A stretch of 35,547 nt of DNA. Source: an uncultured Verrucomicrobiota bacterium (lineage in GTDB: Bacteria > Verrucomicrobiota > Verrucomicrobiia > Limisphaerales > CAZIFU01). Positions 18,469 through 25,961 of the stretch are shown piece after piece. Under the pieces are notes generated by a model, which was not told where the DNA came from, searched no databases, and saw nothing but the letters and a program-made list of their open reading frames with translations. How positions within the stretch are numbered: position 1 is the first letter of the stretch; each line of letters starts with the position of its first letter. The stretch is from positions 1 to 35,547 of the forward strand of contig CAZIFU010000263.1 in assembly GCA_964539075.1 (NCBI GenBank), read 5' to 3'. Position numbers and translations under genes: made by a program.

Positions 18469-18561
18469 GGGGTCTAGGGTCTAGGGTTTAGGGTCTGGGG
18501 GGCCGGGGTCTGGGTTCTCGGGTCTCGGGTCTGGAGTCCGGGTCCCAAGAACCCAGACCCT
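18469..18561. repeat. Tandem array of about 11 G-rich heptamer units (GGGTCTA/GGGTTTA/GGGTCTG...) ending in an inverted copy (agaacccagaccc)
   Basis: gggtctagggtctagggtttagggtctggggggccggggtctgggttctcgggtctcgggtctggagtccgggtcccaagaacccagaccc, located in the hflC-hflK spacer. Confidence 0.7.
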
Positions 18562-18651
18562 GTTTCTCCAGCGGGCCGGACAAGCTGAAGCTTGAACTCC
18601 GAACGGGCTGAACATGGCGTTGGCGTGGTAAACTTCATGTGCGTGCTCTCG

Positions 18652-19581
18652 TCATTTCTTCTGCGTCGGTGAAGGCGCGGCGGGTGGCGGCGCTTCGGTC
18701 CCCGGCGAGTGCAGCATGTTGAACGGCGGCGTTTGCTGGTCGAGAATCAACGTCGTGCGTTCCTTCGTCGCAAGTTCGAGCGCCTTGAGATCGAGGAGGA
18801 AGTTGGCCAGGCGCGGATTTTTTTCAAAAACAGCGAGAAACTTCGCGGCCTCGGCGTCGGCCTGGCCGCGCAGAACGGTCGCTTCGGCGTCAGCCTTGGC
18901 GAGGATTTCCTGGCGCTGGCGGTCGGCGTCGGCGCGGATGCGGATGGCCTCGGCCTCGCCTTCGCCGGTGAATTGTTTGACGAGTTGCTGGCGCTCCTCG
19001 CGCATCCGGTCGAAGACCTTGGCGGTGATGCTTTCCGGCAGGCCGAGCTGTTTGATGCCGACGAATTTGATTTCGATGCCGTAACTGTCCACCGCCTTGC
19101 GCTGCAGGTCGGTTTCCATTTTCTTTTCGATCTCGTCGAACTTGAGGTCCTGCTCGTTGGTGGAGATGAAGTCGGCGAAGGCATACTGGCTGACGACGCC
19201 GTTCTTGGTGTCGCGCACCTGGGCTTCGAGGGTCTGCTCGGCGCGGGCGAGGTCGCCCTGGTCGAAGCGTTCGAGGAACATCCTGGGATCGGCGACGCGC
19301 CAGCCGACGTAGAGGTTGATGAGCAGGTTGCGACCGTCGCGGGTGGCGGTCTGCTCGAAGCGGCGCTCGAAGGTGTGGATGCGGTTGTCGAAGGTGTAAA
19401 CGTTCTGGATCGGCCAGGGGAGCTTCCAGTAGAGGCCGGGCGTGGTGAGGGTGCGCGAGTATTTGCCGAAGGTGGTGACGACGGCGACGTGCGTCTGGCG
19501 CACCTGGAAGGCGAAGAGGAGCAGGGCGAAAATCACCAGCAACACGGCGCCGGTGAACAGGGTGATGGTGTTTCGTTTCAT
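18652..19581 (-). CDS. hflC: SPFH/band-7 protein, HflC-like
   Basis: N-terminal TM helix. HflC-like motifs FDRMREERQ, GEGEAEAIRIRADADRQ and AEAAKFLAVFEKNPRLANFLLDLKALE are present. Confidence 0.85.
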   Translation of the reverse strand: MKRNTITLFTGAVLLVIFALLLFAFQVRQTHVAVVTTFGKYSRTLTTPGLYWKLPWPIQNVYTFDNRIHTFERRFEQTATRDGRNLLINLYVGWRVADPRMFLERFDQGDLARAEQTLEAQVRDTKNGVVSQYAFADFISTNEQDLKFDEIEKKMETDLQRKAVDSYGIEIKFVGIKQLGLPESITAKVFDRMREERQQLVKQFTGEGEAEAIRIRADADRQRQEILAKADAEATVLRGQADAEAAKFLAVFEKNPRLANFLLDLKALELATKERTTLILDQQTPPFNMLHSPGTEAPPPAAPSPTQKK

Positions 19582-19628
19582 GGGTGTAAGCGGTAATTGA
19601 GATAAAACATAATTTGAAATTGGATCGC

Positions 19629-19715
19629 CCTCACCATGAAGCGGAGCACCCCCTCACCCCATCCCTCTCCCCCAATGGGGGAGAGGGTGCCCGAAGGGCG
19701 GGTGAGGGGGAGGGG
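19629..19715. terminator. Nested GC-rich palindrome (likely terminator of the upstream minus-strand gene, at the promoter region of hflC)
   Basis: Perfect palindrome ccctctcccccaatgggggagaggg (19663-19687), nested inside ccctcacc...gggtgaggggg arms. AT-rich sequence follows on the transcribed (-) strand. Confidence 0.45.
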
Positions 19716-19741
19716 ACGGTTCAGGGGTTGCAAGGGCGTGT

Positions 19742-21610
19742 TCATTTCGATTTCGCATCGGGCAGTGAAATGTCGAGCAGATCGGTCCGGATTTTGTCTT
19801 CCAAGTTGAGCAGGATGATATCCTGCGTGTTGGTGACGGCTAGGACGTACTTGCGCACGGGGCCGACGGCGCGGACCAGTGTATCAAGGTAGGCGCGCCG
19901 CGAATAGACGGTGGGCGAGGCTTTGTAAGCGGCGAGCTGGTTGGTGAATTGCGCGGCGCGCGCCTCGGCGCCGGCGAGTTTGTTCACGCGATAAACTTTC
20001 GCTTCGGACAACCGCTTCGCCGCTTCGGCCCCCGCCAGCGGAATGGTTTCGGCCCGGTAGCCTTCGGCCTGGTGAATTTTCGCGGCCTTCTCCTGCACGG
20101 CGCCGATCACATCCTCGTACGCGTCGGCCACGCGGACGGGCGGATGAATGTCCTGCAACCCGACCAACAGCACGCGCGCGCCGAGGCCCAGCGCGTCGGC
20201 GTGCGTCTGGATGCGGTCACGGATGGTTTGCGCGGCGCGGAGCCGGCCGGTGGTCATCACGTCCTCGAGGTCCACGCTCAGGAGATAACGGACGACTTCG
20301 CGGTTGGCGATGTCTTCGAGCAATCGGGCGGCGTCGCGGTGCCGGCCCGCCCAGGCGAAGACGTTGGTGACCTGGTATTGGACCGGGATGTTGACCGAGA
20401 GCAGATTGACCGGCACGGCCTGCTCGACGGTGGTGGTGGCGCTGCGCGTGGCCTCCCGGCTGGCGACGAGAAGATTGAATTCTTCGGCGGTGTGTTTCTT
20501 CGTCCAAAGGGCCACTTCCTCCTTGCCCGGTTTCTCTTCGTGGACGAAACCGACTTCGAAGCTGCGGATTTTCGCGGCGGCGTAGCGATAAACTTTGTCA
20601 ACGGGCCAGGGCCACTTGAGGTGGAAGCCGGCGTCGAGCGCCGCGCGGCCGGCGACCGGCTGGCCGAAGCGTTCGAGCAACCCCTGCTCGCCCGGCTCGA
20701 TGATGACAAACGTGGTGGACAGAAACAGCACGCCGAGTTGCAAGAGCACGAGCCAGGCGATGGCGCGTTCGAGAAAACGGTAGAACCAGGTCTCGGAAAC
20801 CTTGAAACCGAACTGGTAATCGAGCGCCTGCGCGGCGGTGGTGATGACGCCGTCGGGCTGGCCGAGCAGGTCCACGAGGCGGCTTTCATAAAGGGGGCGG
20901 GCGGCCTGGCCTTTGATGCGGGGGCGGTAGATTTCGAGCAGGAGGTTCAGGGCGGTTTCCAGGGCCGCAAGCGCGAGGATCACGCAAAATGCGCGAGCCA
21001 CCCAAAGGTCGAACCTCGGGAAGCCGAACCACGCCGCCGCCTCCGTCACCGTCACGACACAGCACAGCAACGCGCCCAGCATCAGGTAACCCGCCCCGGG
21101 CCGGAGGAGGCGCTGCTTTTCCAGACGCGCGATGCCGGCGGAGTATTTGCCCAACAGGAAGAGCACCAGCGCGAACAGCGCGAACAACGCCAGCGCGATC
21201 GTGACGCGGGCGACGATGGGTGGCGTCGCCCTGGCCAGCACGCGCCAGAACCAGGCGGCCGCGCCGCCTTGCAACAGCAGCAGCAACACGGTGAAGGCCG
21301 GCACCAGAAACCGCTCAAACTGCGCGCGGGCACGGGCTGCCGGGAAGGTTTCGGTTTCCGCGCTGAAGAGGGCCGCGCTGCTCCGGGCGCGGGTCAGTTC
21401 GTCGTATTCAAGTTTCTCCAGCCGTTCGCGCGCCTCCAGCCGCATCTGGAAACAACTCAGGGCGGCGACGAGGAAACCCAGGCCGAGGAAAAAAACCGCG
21501 CCCAGTCCGCTGGCGCTGTTCGCGTGGCGGGCCACCAGGGCGCAGGCGAAGCCGATTACCAGCAGCGCCCCCAGATTGGTCAGGCCGATTTTTTGAAGGT
21601 TGCGGTTCAT
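19742..21610 (-). CDS. Fusion protein: N-terminal polytopic membrane domain of about 300 aa (about 7 TM) plus a C-terminal SPFH/band-7 (HflK/C-like) domain
   Basis: The hydrophobic N-terminal half runs up to ...VLFLSTTFVIIEPGEQGLLERFGQP, where the SPFH domain begins. The C-terminus is Ala/Glu-rich and HflK-like. Confidence 0.75.
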   Translation of the reverse strand: MNRNLQKIGLTNLGALLVIGFACALVARHANSASGLGAVFFLGLGFLVAALSCFQMRLEARERLEKLEYDELTRARSSAALFSAETETFPAARARAQFERFLVPAFTVLLLLLQGGAAAWFWRVLARATPPIVARVTIALALFALFALVLFLLGKYSAGIARLEKQRLLRPGAGYLMLGALLCCVVTVTEAAAWFGFPRFDLWVARAFCVILALAALETALNLLLEIYRPRIKGQAARPLYESRLVDLLGQPDGVITTAAQALDYQFGFKVSETWFYRFLERAIAWLVLLQLGVLFLSTTFVIIEPGEQGLLERFGQPVAGRAALDAGFHLKWPWPVDKVYRYAAAKIRSFEVGFVHEEKPGKEEVALWTKKHTAEEFNLLVASREATRSATTTVEQAVPVNLLSVNIPVQYQVTNVFAWAGRHRDAARLLEDIANREVVRYLLSVDLEDVMTTGRLRAAQTIRDRIQTHADALGLGARVLLVGLQDIHPPVRVADAYEDVIGAVQEKAAKIHQAEGYRAETIPLAGAEAAKRLSEAKVYRVNKLAGAEARAAQFTNQLAAYKASPTVYSRRAYLDTLVRAVGPVRKYVLAVTNTQDIILLNLEDKIRTDLLDISLPDAKSK

Positions 21611-21617
21611 GCCTGGT

Positions 21618-22577
21618 TCAACTCAACTCGCGTTCTTCAAACAAGAGCAACGCGAGTGCCAGCGAGGCGCCCAGGTAGCCCACGACGTAGCCGAAGGCCT
21701 TGGCGAGGTAGCTCCACGGGATCGCCTTGCCCGGCTCCAGCGCGTCGGCCAGCCAGAAAAGCTGCCAGTTGGGCACGAGGGCGTACAGGCCGGCGGCCCA
21801 CCAGGAACCGGCTTCGGCCCGTTGCCCGAACAAATAGTCGGACATCAGGCCGAGCACGAACACGCCGGAGCAGATCGCCAGCGTCGGAATCATTTCAAAG
21901 CGCGTCGAGCACGCCAGCGCCAGCCCGGCGAGAATCCACAGCGCGAACAAAATCAAAATCCCCGCCGGCACCATGCGCCAGTCCACGGGGGAAACCTCTC
22001 CGCTGCGGTCCACGTGCACGGAAAACAAGAGGAGCGCCACGAACGCGATCGTCGCCATCAGCACGACGCCGAAAACCGCGTCCGACACAAAAGGCCGGCC
22101 GAGGAAAAAATTGCTGAACCCGCCCAGCGCGAAGCCCAGAGCCAGCGCGCCGTAAAACGCCAGCAACGCCGGGATGTCCGCGCTGCCGTAGGCATCGAAG
22201 GCCATGCGGCTGGCGAGCAGCGCGCTCAGCAGGTTGACGTAGGTGAAAAGGGTGAGCGCCGCCGCCAGGCCGGTGTATTTGGCGAGGAGGAATTGCGCGC
22301 GCCCGACGGGTTTGGCCAGCACGGCCAACGCGGTGCCGGTGCGGATTTCGTGCGCCACCGAGGCCGACGCGCTGACCACGGTGCCGAACAGGCCCGTCAG
22401 GAACAGCAACGCGAGCACGCTGTCCTTGACGAGCTTGCTGTCCTCGCCGAAACCGAAGTAGGGCACACAGGCGAGGAACACGCCGAAGGCCGCCGAACTG
22501 GTCATCAACAGCAGAAAGACCGGCTGGCGCACCAATTCCATGAAAGCATTGCTGGCGATGGCAATATATTGTCGCAT
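21618..22577 (-). CDS. ABC-2 family permease-like integral membrane protein (no cognate ATPase adjacent)
   Basis: The N-terminus MRQYIAIASNAFMELVRQPVFLLL is typical of ABC-2 permeases. The protein has 6 TM segments. Its stop is 8 nt before the downstream SPFH-fusion start. Confidence 0.65.
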   Translation of the reverse strand: MRQYIAIASNAFMELVRQPVFLLLMTSSAAFGVFLACVPYFGFGEDSKLVKDSVLALLFLTGLFGTVVSASASVAHEIRTGTALAVLAKPVGRAQFLLAKYTGLAAALTLFTYVNLLSALLASRMAFDAYGSADIPALLAFYGALALGFALGGFSNFFLGRPFVSDAVFGVVLMATIAFVALLLFSVHVDRSGEVSPVDWRMVPAGILILFALWILAGLALACSTRFEMIPTLAICSGVFVLGLMSDYLFGQRAEAGSWWAAGLYALVPNWQLFWLADALEPGKAIPWSYLAKAFGYVVGYLGASLALALLLFEERELS

Positions 22578-22669
22578 CCGGGTATGCGGTTGTGCCTCAC
22601 TTTACGAAGCCGGCCGGCGAATGCAAACCGTTAATGCGGGCGGGGCTGAATTTGAAGTGAAGAATCGGC

Positions 22670-22698
22670 TTGGTGGACAGGCGCATTTCCTGTAAAAT
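22670..22698 (+). promoter_or_regulatory. Putative sigma70-like promoter (TTGGTG-N17-TAAAAT) upstream of the island's first gene
   Basis: Hexamers at 22670-22675 and 22693-22698 with a 17-nt spacer. A strong GGAGGA Shine-Dalgarno lies 5 nt before ATG 22782. Confidence 0.3.
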
Positions 22699-22851
22699 GC
22701 CTGAGTCGAGGTATTTTGTAATTGGAATAACAAACAATTTGCGTAGCTTGGCTACGGGCTGACAATGCGCTGGAGGAAAACATGAAAGGCAAATACGGGT
22801 TTATCGTCGGAATAGTGGTGTGGGTTCTTTCGAGTTCTGTTTCGAAGGCCA

Positions 22852-24786
22852 TTGAAGACCTGCATTTCAAGGTGCAAGGCTCCGAATGTGTTGTTCGATT
22901 GGCCGAGCGTTGAAGGGGAGACATACATGATTGTTTATCGCGAAACGATGGAGACCAATACGCCTTGGTATTTCCTGGCAACCAACGTCCCGGCTGCGAC
23001 CGGCACGAATCGGACTTCGTTTGTGCATACGAATGGGGCGGATTGTTCCGGCGGTGGAGGCATGGGGATGATGACGCCGGCCGGCTCCGGAGGCGGTTCT
23101 ATGGCCGAAACCATATCGGAACAGTCTGTGGGCTGCGAATCGAAAGATTCGACATCCGGCACTACCGATTCGTATCAGTTTCCGGCTTTTCCTTGGGATA
23201 AGGAAACACAAGAGAAAATCGCCGCCACCTTTCCAGGATTATTGCCACTTTTGCCTTGGGATGAAGAAACGCAGAAGCAGATAATTTTTTACTATGAACA
23301 GTCCAAGTCCAATTCATCATCTTCTCAAGGTGGCGTGGCGGTAATGAGCAGCGAGAGTGGGGGCGGGGGCTGCAAGGTGAGTGGATTTTACAAAGTCCTC
23401 CGAGTCGGAACCTGGATTGAACATTTGACGAACAACATGCCCGTCTCAGGACTTCTACTTGTCGGTGTCGAAGCAGGACATCCTGACGGAGAACTACAGA
23501 GCGTCACTTTAACCATTGATGGGTCTCCAGTACCGCATTCTGCAAGGAAGATTTCTCCATTCGGCGACCGCTACTTTGTTGCGGACACCACGCGCTATAG
23601 TAATGGCGAACACGAGATCCAGGCCCACTCGACATTTGTACTCAAGGATATTACGGGGGATGATGTTCCTTTCCTCCTCGTTGATAGTCCGGCCATCACT
23701 CTCCAATTCACAAACGTGGTCACGTTCGAAGAATGGAGCGAACTTTTCGGTGAGACGAATTGTTGTTTCACGATCCATTCGACAATCTTTGCAGCCAACT
23801 GGCAGATCCAAATCGTGAACGAGCAGCAAGTTTTGCTCAAAACATTGAGCGGACAAACCACCAATGGGCTGATTGATGTCCAATGGGATTTACGAAACTC
23901 CCAAGGACAACTCCAAACCAGTGGCGTTTTCAATTCAAGCGTGACCATCACAGCTCTAAACACGAACGCTGGGCCAAACCAAGCGACGCAGCAGGCACCT
24001 GTGAAGCTACAGCAAGTGAAAAATTGGCCTGGAGTCGGCCAATGGGTATTTGCCCGTCAATTGCTTTTTACGAATTACAACAACTCTGAAGATTTCTATG
24101 ATATTATGGATTCAGTGGTTGCCTTGGGGGTCGAATGGGGAATCCAGCCTCCACAACCGCCACGGCAATCAGGAAAGCCTTGGTATATTCACTACACGAA
24201 TGACCTAGCGTCTACGCGCTCGAACGATTGGAACGTATTGAGACAGGCATTGTCCAATTCTGTCGTGAGAAACTTCTATTACTTTGGTCACGGGGGTACG
24301 TTTCTGGGTAACGACTTTCCATACGGCATCGATTCGGGCGAGATGAGTATTTTATTGAAGATTTCGCTTCCCAATCATCCAAACTATCGTCCCCTTCGTT
24401 TCGCCTGGCTAGACGGTTGCGCCACGGCTGCGGACGATTGGGCAACACAGTTTGGCATCCAGGCCAGGCCGGATGTTTCGCTGGACTTTTACAAGACAAA
24501 TGGAACACGTCCCGGCGCATTTTGTGGCTTTGCGAACAGTATTTACGCAAGAAATCACTATACTCCGGATAATACGTTGGACTTGGATTTTGCTTATTAT
24601 CGTTCGAACTTCGTTTTTTATTGGCAAGAGATTGGAGCTACTCTAAAGAGCTCGCACCAGCAAGCAGATCAGCTTACACCAGAGCAAGACCCCGATTACC
24701 CCTTTCACTCGTACTTGAAAATCTACGGCTACAGTGAACTGCTTTACGGTCAATATAATCAGCCAGACGACTGGCCTCTGCCATGA
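22852..24786 (+). CDS. Multidomain secreted-type protein with Fn3-like and Ig-like domains and a C-terminal clan-CD (caspase/gingipain/separase-like) cysteine peptidase module. The 5' end is apparently frameshifted relative to a signal-peptide ORF starting at 22782.
   Basis: Candidate catalytic dyad: a hydrophobic strand plus FGHGG (NFYYFGHGG), and about 49 residues later a hydrophobic strand plus LDGC (FAWLDGCATA). There is a Gly-rich linker and beta-rich Ig-like segments. Composition is markedly lower in G+C than the flanks. The track ORF starts at a weak TTG. The first in-frame ATG is at 22927. Confidence 0.65.
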   Translation: MKTCISRCKAPNVLFDWPSVEGETYMIVYRETMETNTPWYFLATNVPAATGTNRTSFVHTNGADCSGGGGMGMMTPAGSGGGSMAETISEQSVGCESKDSTSGTTDSYQFPAFPWDKETQEKIAATFPGLLPLLPWDEETQKQIIFYYEQSKSNSSSSQGGVAVMSSESGGGGCKVSGFYKVLRVGTWIEHLTNNMPVSGLLLVGVEAGHPDGELQSVTLTIDGSPVPHSARKISPFGDRYFVADTTRYSNGEHEIQAHSTFVLKDITGDDVPFLLVDSPAITLQFTNVVTFEEWSELFGETNCCFTIHSTIFAANWQIQIVNEQQVLLKTLSGQTTNGLIDVQWDLRNSQGQLQTSGVFNSSVTITALNTNAGPNQATQQAPVKLQQVKNWPGVGQWVFARQLLFTNYNNSEDFYDIMDSVVALGVEWGIQPPQPPRQSGKPWYIHYTNDLASTRSNDWNVLRQALSNSVVRNFYYFGHGGTFLGNDFPYGIDSGEMSILLKISLPNHPNYRPLRFAWLDGCATAADDWATQFGIQARPDVSLDFYKTNGTRPGAFCGFANSIYARNHYTPDNTLDLDFAYYRSNFVFYWQEIGATLKSSHQQADQLTPEQDPDYPFHSYLKIYGYSELLYGQYNQPDDWPLP

Positions 24787-25955
24787 CAGGTTTTATGTTG
24801 GAATTGACAGCGGACTATGCAGCCTCCGTCCTCATGGCTATCCTGCCGGCCATTTCAGATTTTGCTGGCAAACTGGATTTAGCCGTTCCTGCTCCCCTCA
24901 GCACCAATGACGTGGCTCGCTTTGTTTGCCATCGCATCCCCGGACAATTTGGTGGCCAAGTCGTCTTAAAGAACGGCCTGCGGTTCTTGTATCAAGGCGG
25001 TATCGTGCAAAGCTTCGAGAGCACCAACTGCTATTCAACGCTGCAAGTCCCAGAGCTTGCCGAACGCTTCATTGCTGTACCAAAGATTTCACGCGAAGAA
25101 GCGGTCGCCATCACACGACAGAAACTTACGGAGCTTGGTTACAGACCCGAAAGCTGTTTTGTTTTGCCAGCACCCAAGGTGGAAGGTCCACATGACATTG
25201 GCTTGGGCGTGGTGCCGCACTTTGAAATCACTTGGCTGGACCCGCGTGATGGCACCCGGAGAATTCTGGTCGAAATAAACGGCGCAAACAGACACATCGA
25301 GCGATTGGAAGTCTTGGCGCCTGAATTTGAGCATCCGCCGCCGGTCTTGAGCGGGGCGCACCGCGAAAAGCAGCTTAAGAACGCTTCATTGGACCGCCGC
25401 AACACCGAGCGCGTGGCCACCACTGCGGAGCTACTTGGCCAACTGGACGCGCAAGTGGCGGAATTCTCCAAACGGCTCGGTCTATCGGTGCCTCGCCTGA
25501 CCGAGCAATCCGTCGCCATCATTAAACGATTCACCAGCTCCCATCAGATGGACGTGTGGCTAACATCGGGCGAGCGATTTCGTTTTGAGCCAGACAATCG
25601 ACTGTTCGGTTTCTTTAATCCTGGAAGTTTCTTCCCTCGCGAGACGACGAACCGCGTGCAAAGCTTCTTTGGAAAATCGGCTATTTCCGACGAGGAAGCC
25701 GAAACGATTGCACGCAAGTCGCTCGCAAAACTGGGTTATCAAGCGCCGAAATTAGGTTTGGACAAGCCGGCCCGCATTCGAAAGCCCGTAATCATCGGCA
25801 ATTATTCCATCCCGCGTACTGATTTTGCTTGGGATGTCGGAGAGGGGTTAGAACTACGTGGATTTTTAGCCGTAGAAGTAGATACTCAGAAAGCTCGTAT
25901 TACTTCCATCAGGGTAAGCGATGCGGAGCGGTCTTTATTGCCATTAAAGAAATAG
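24783..25955 (+). CDS. Hypothetical protein made of two tandem units of about 175 aa, each ending in a PepSY-like segment (possible peptidase-inhibitor/chaperone partner of the upstream gene)
   Basis: The ATGA start overlaps the upstream stop. Internal repeat 1 is ISREEAVAITRQKLTELGY...RILVEINGANRHIERLEV. Internal repeat 2 is ISDEEAETIARKSLAKLGY...FLAVEVDTQKARITSIRV. N-subunit repeat VARFVCHRI..LRFLYQGG parallels VAIIKRFTS..FRFEPDN. Confidence 0.65.
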   Translation: MTGFMLELTADYAASVLMAILPAISDFAGKLDLAVPAPLSTNDVARFVCHRIPGQFGGQVVLKNGLRFLYQGGIVQSFESTNCYSTLQVPELAERFIAVPKISREEAVAITRQKLTELGYRPESCFVLPAPKVEGPHDIGLGVVPHFEITWLDPRDGTRRILVEINGANRHIERLEVLAPEFEHPPPVLSGAHREKQLKNASLDRRNTERVATTAELLGQLDAQVAEFSKRLGLSVPRLTEQSVAIIKRFTSSHQMDVWLTSGERFRFEPDNRLFGFFNPGSFFPRETTNRVQSFFGKSAISDEEAETIARKSLAKLGYQAPKLGLDKPARIRKPVIIGNYSIPRTDFAWDVGEGLELRGFLAVEVDTQKARITSIRVSDAERSLLPLKK

Positions 25956-25961
25956 TTTAAT

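Noticed and set aside
18469-18561. Telomere-like appearance of GGGTTTAGGG/GGGTCTAGGG repeats
   Set aside because: This is an internal position in a bacterial intergenic spacer. The resemblance to TTTAGGG is coincidental. It is recorded only as a G-rich tandem repeat.
22852-25955. Considered whether the protease plus downstream gene could be a bacterial gasdermin-protease pair
   Set aside because: The putative protease carries a signal peptide and extracellular-type Fn3/Ig domains. The downstream 390-aa protein is a tandem PepSY-like repeat protein, not the ~250-aa gasdermin architecture. The gene order is also opposite to typical gasdermin operons.
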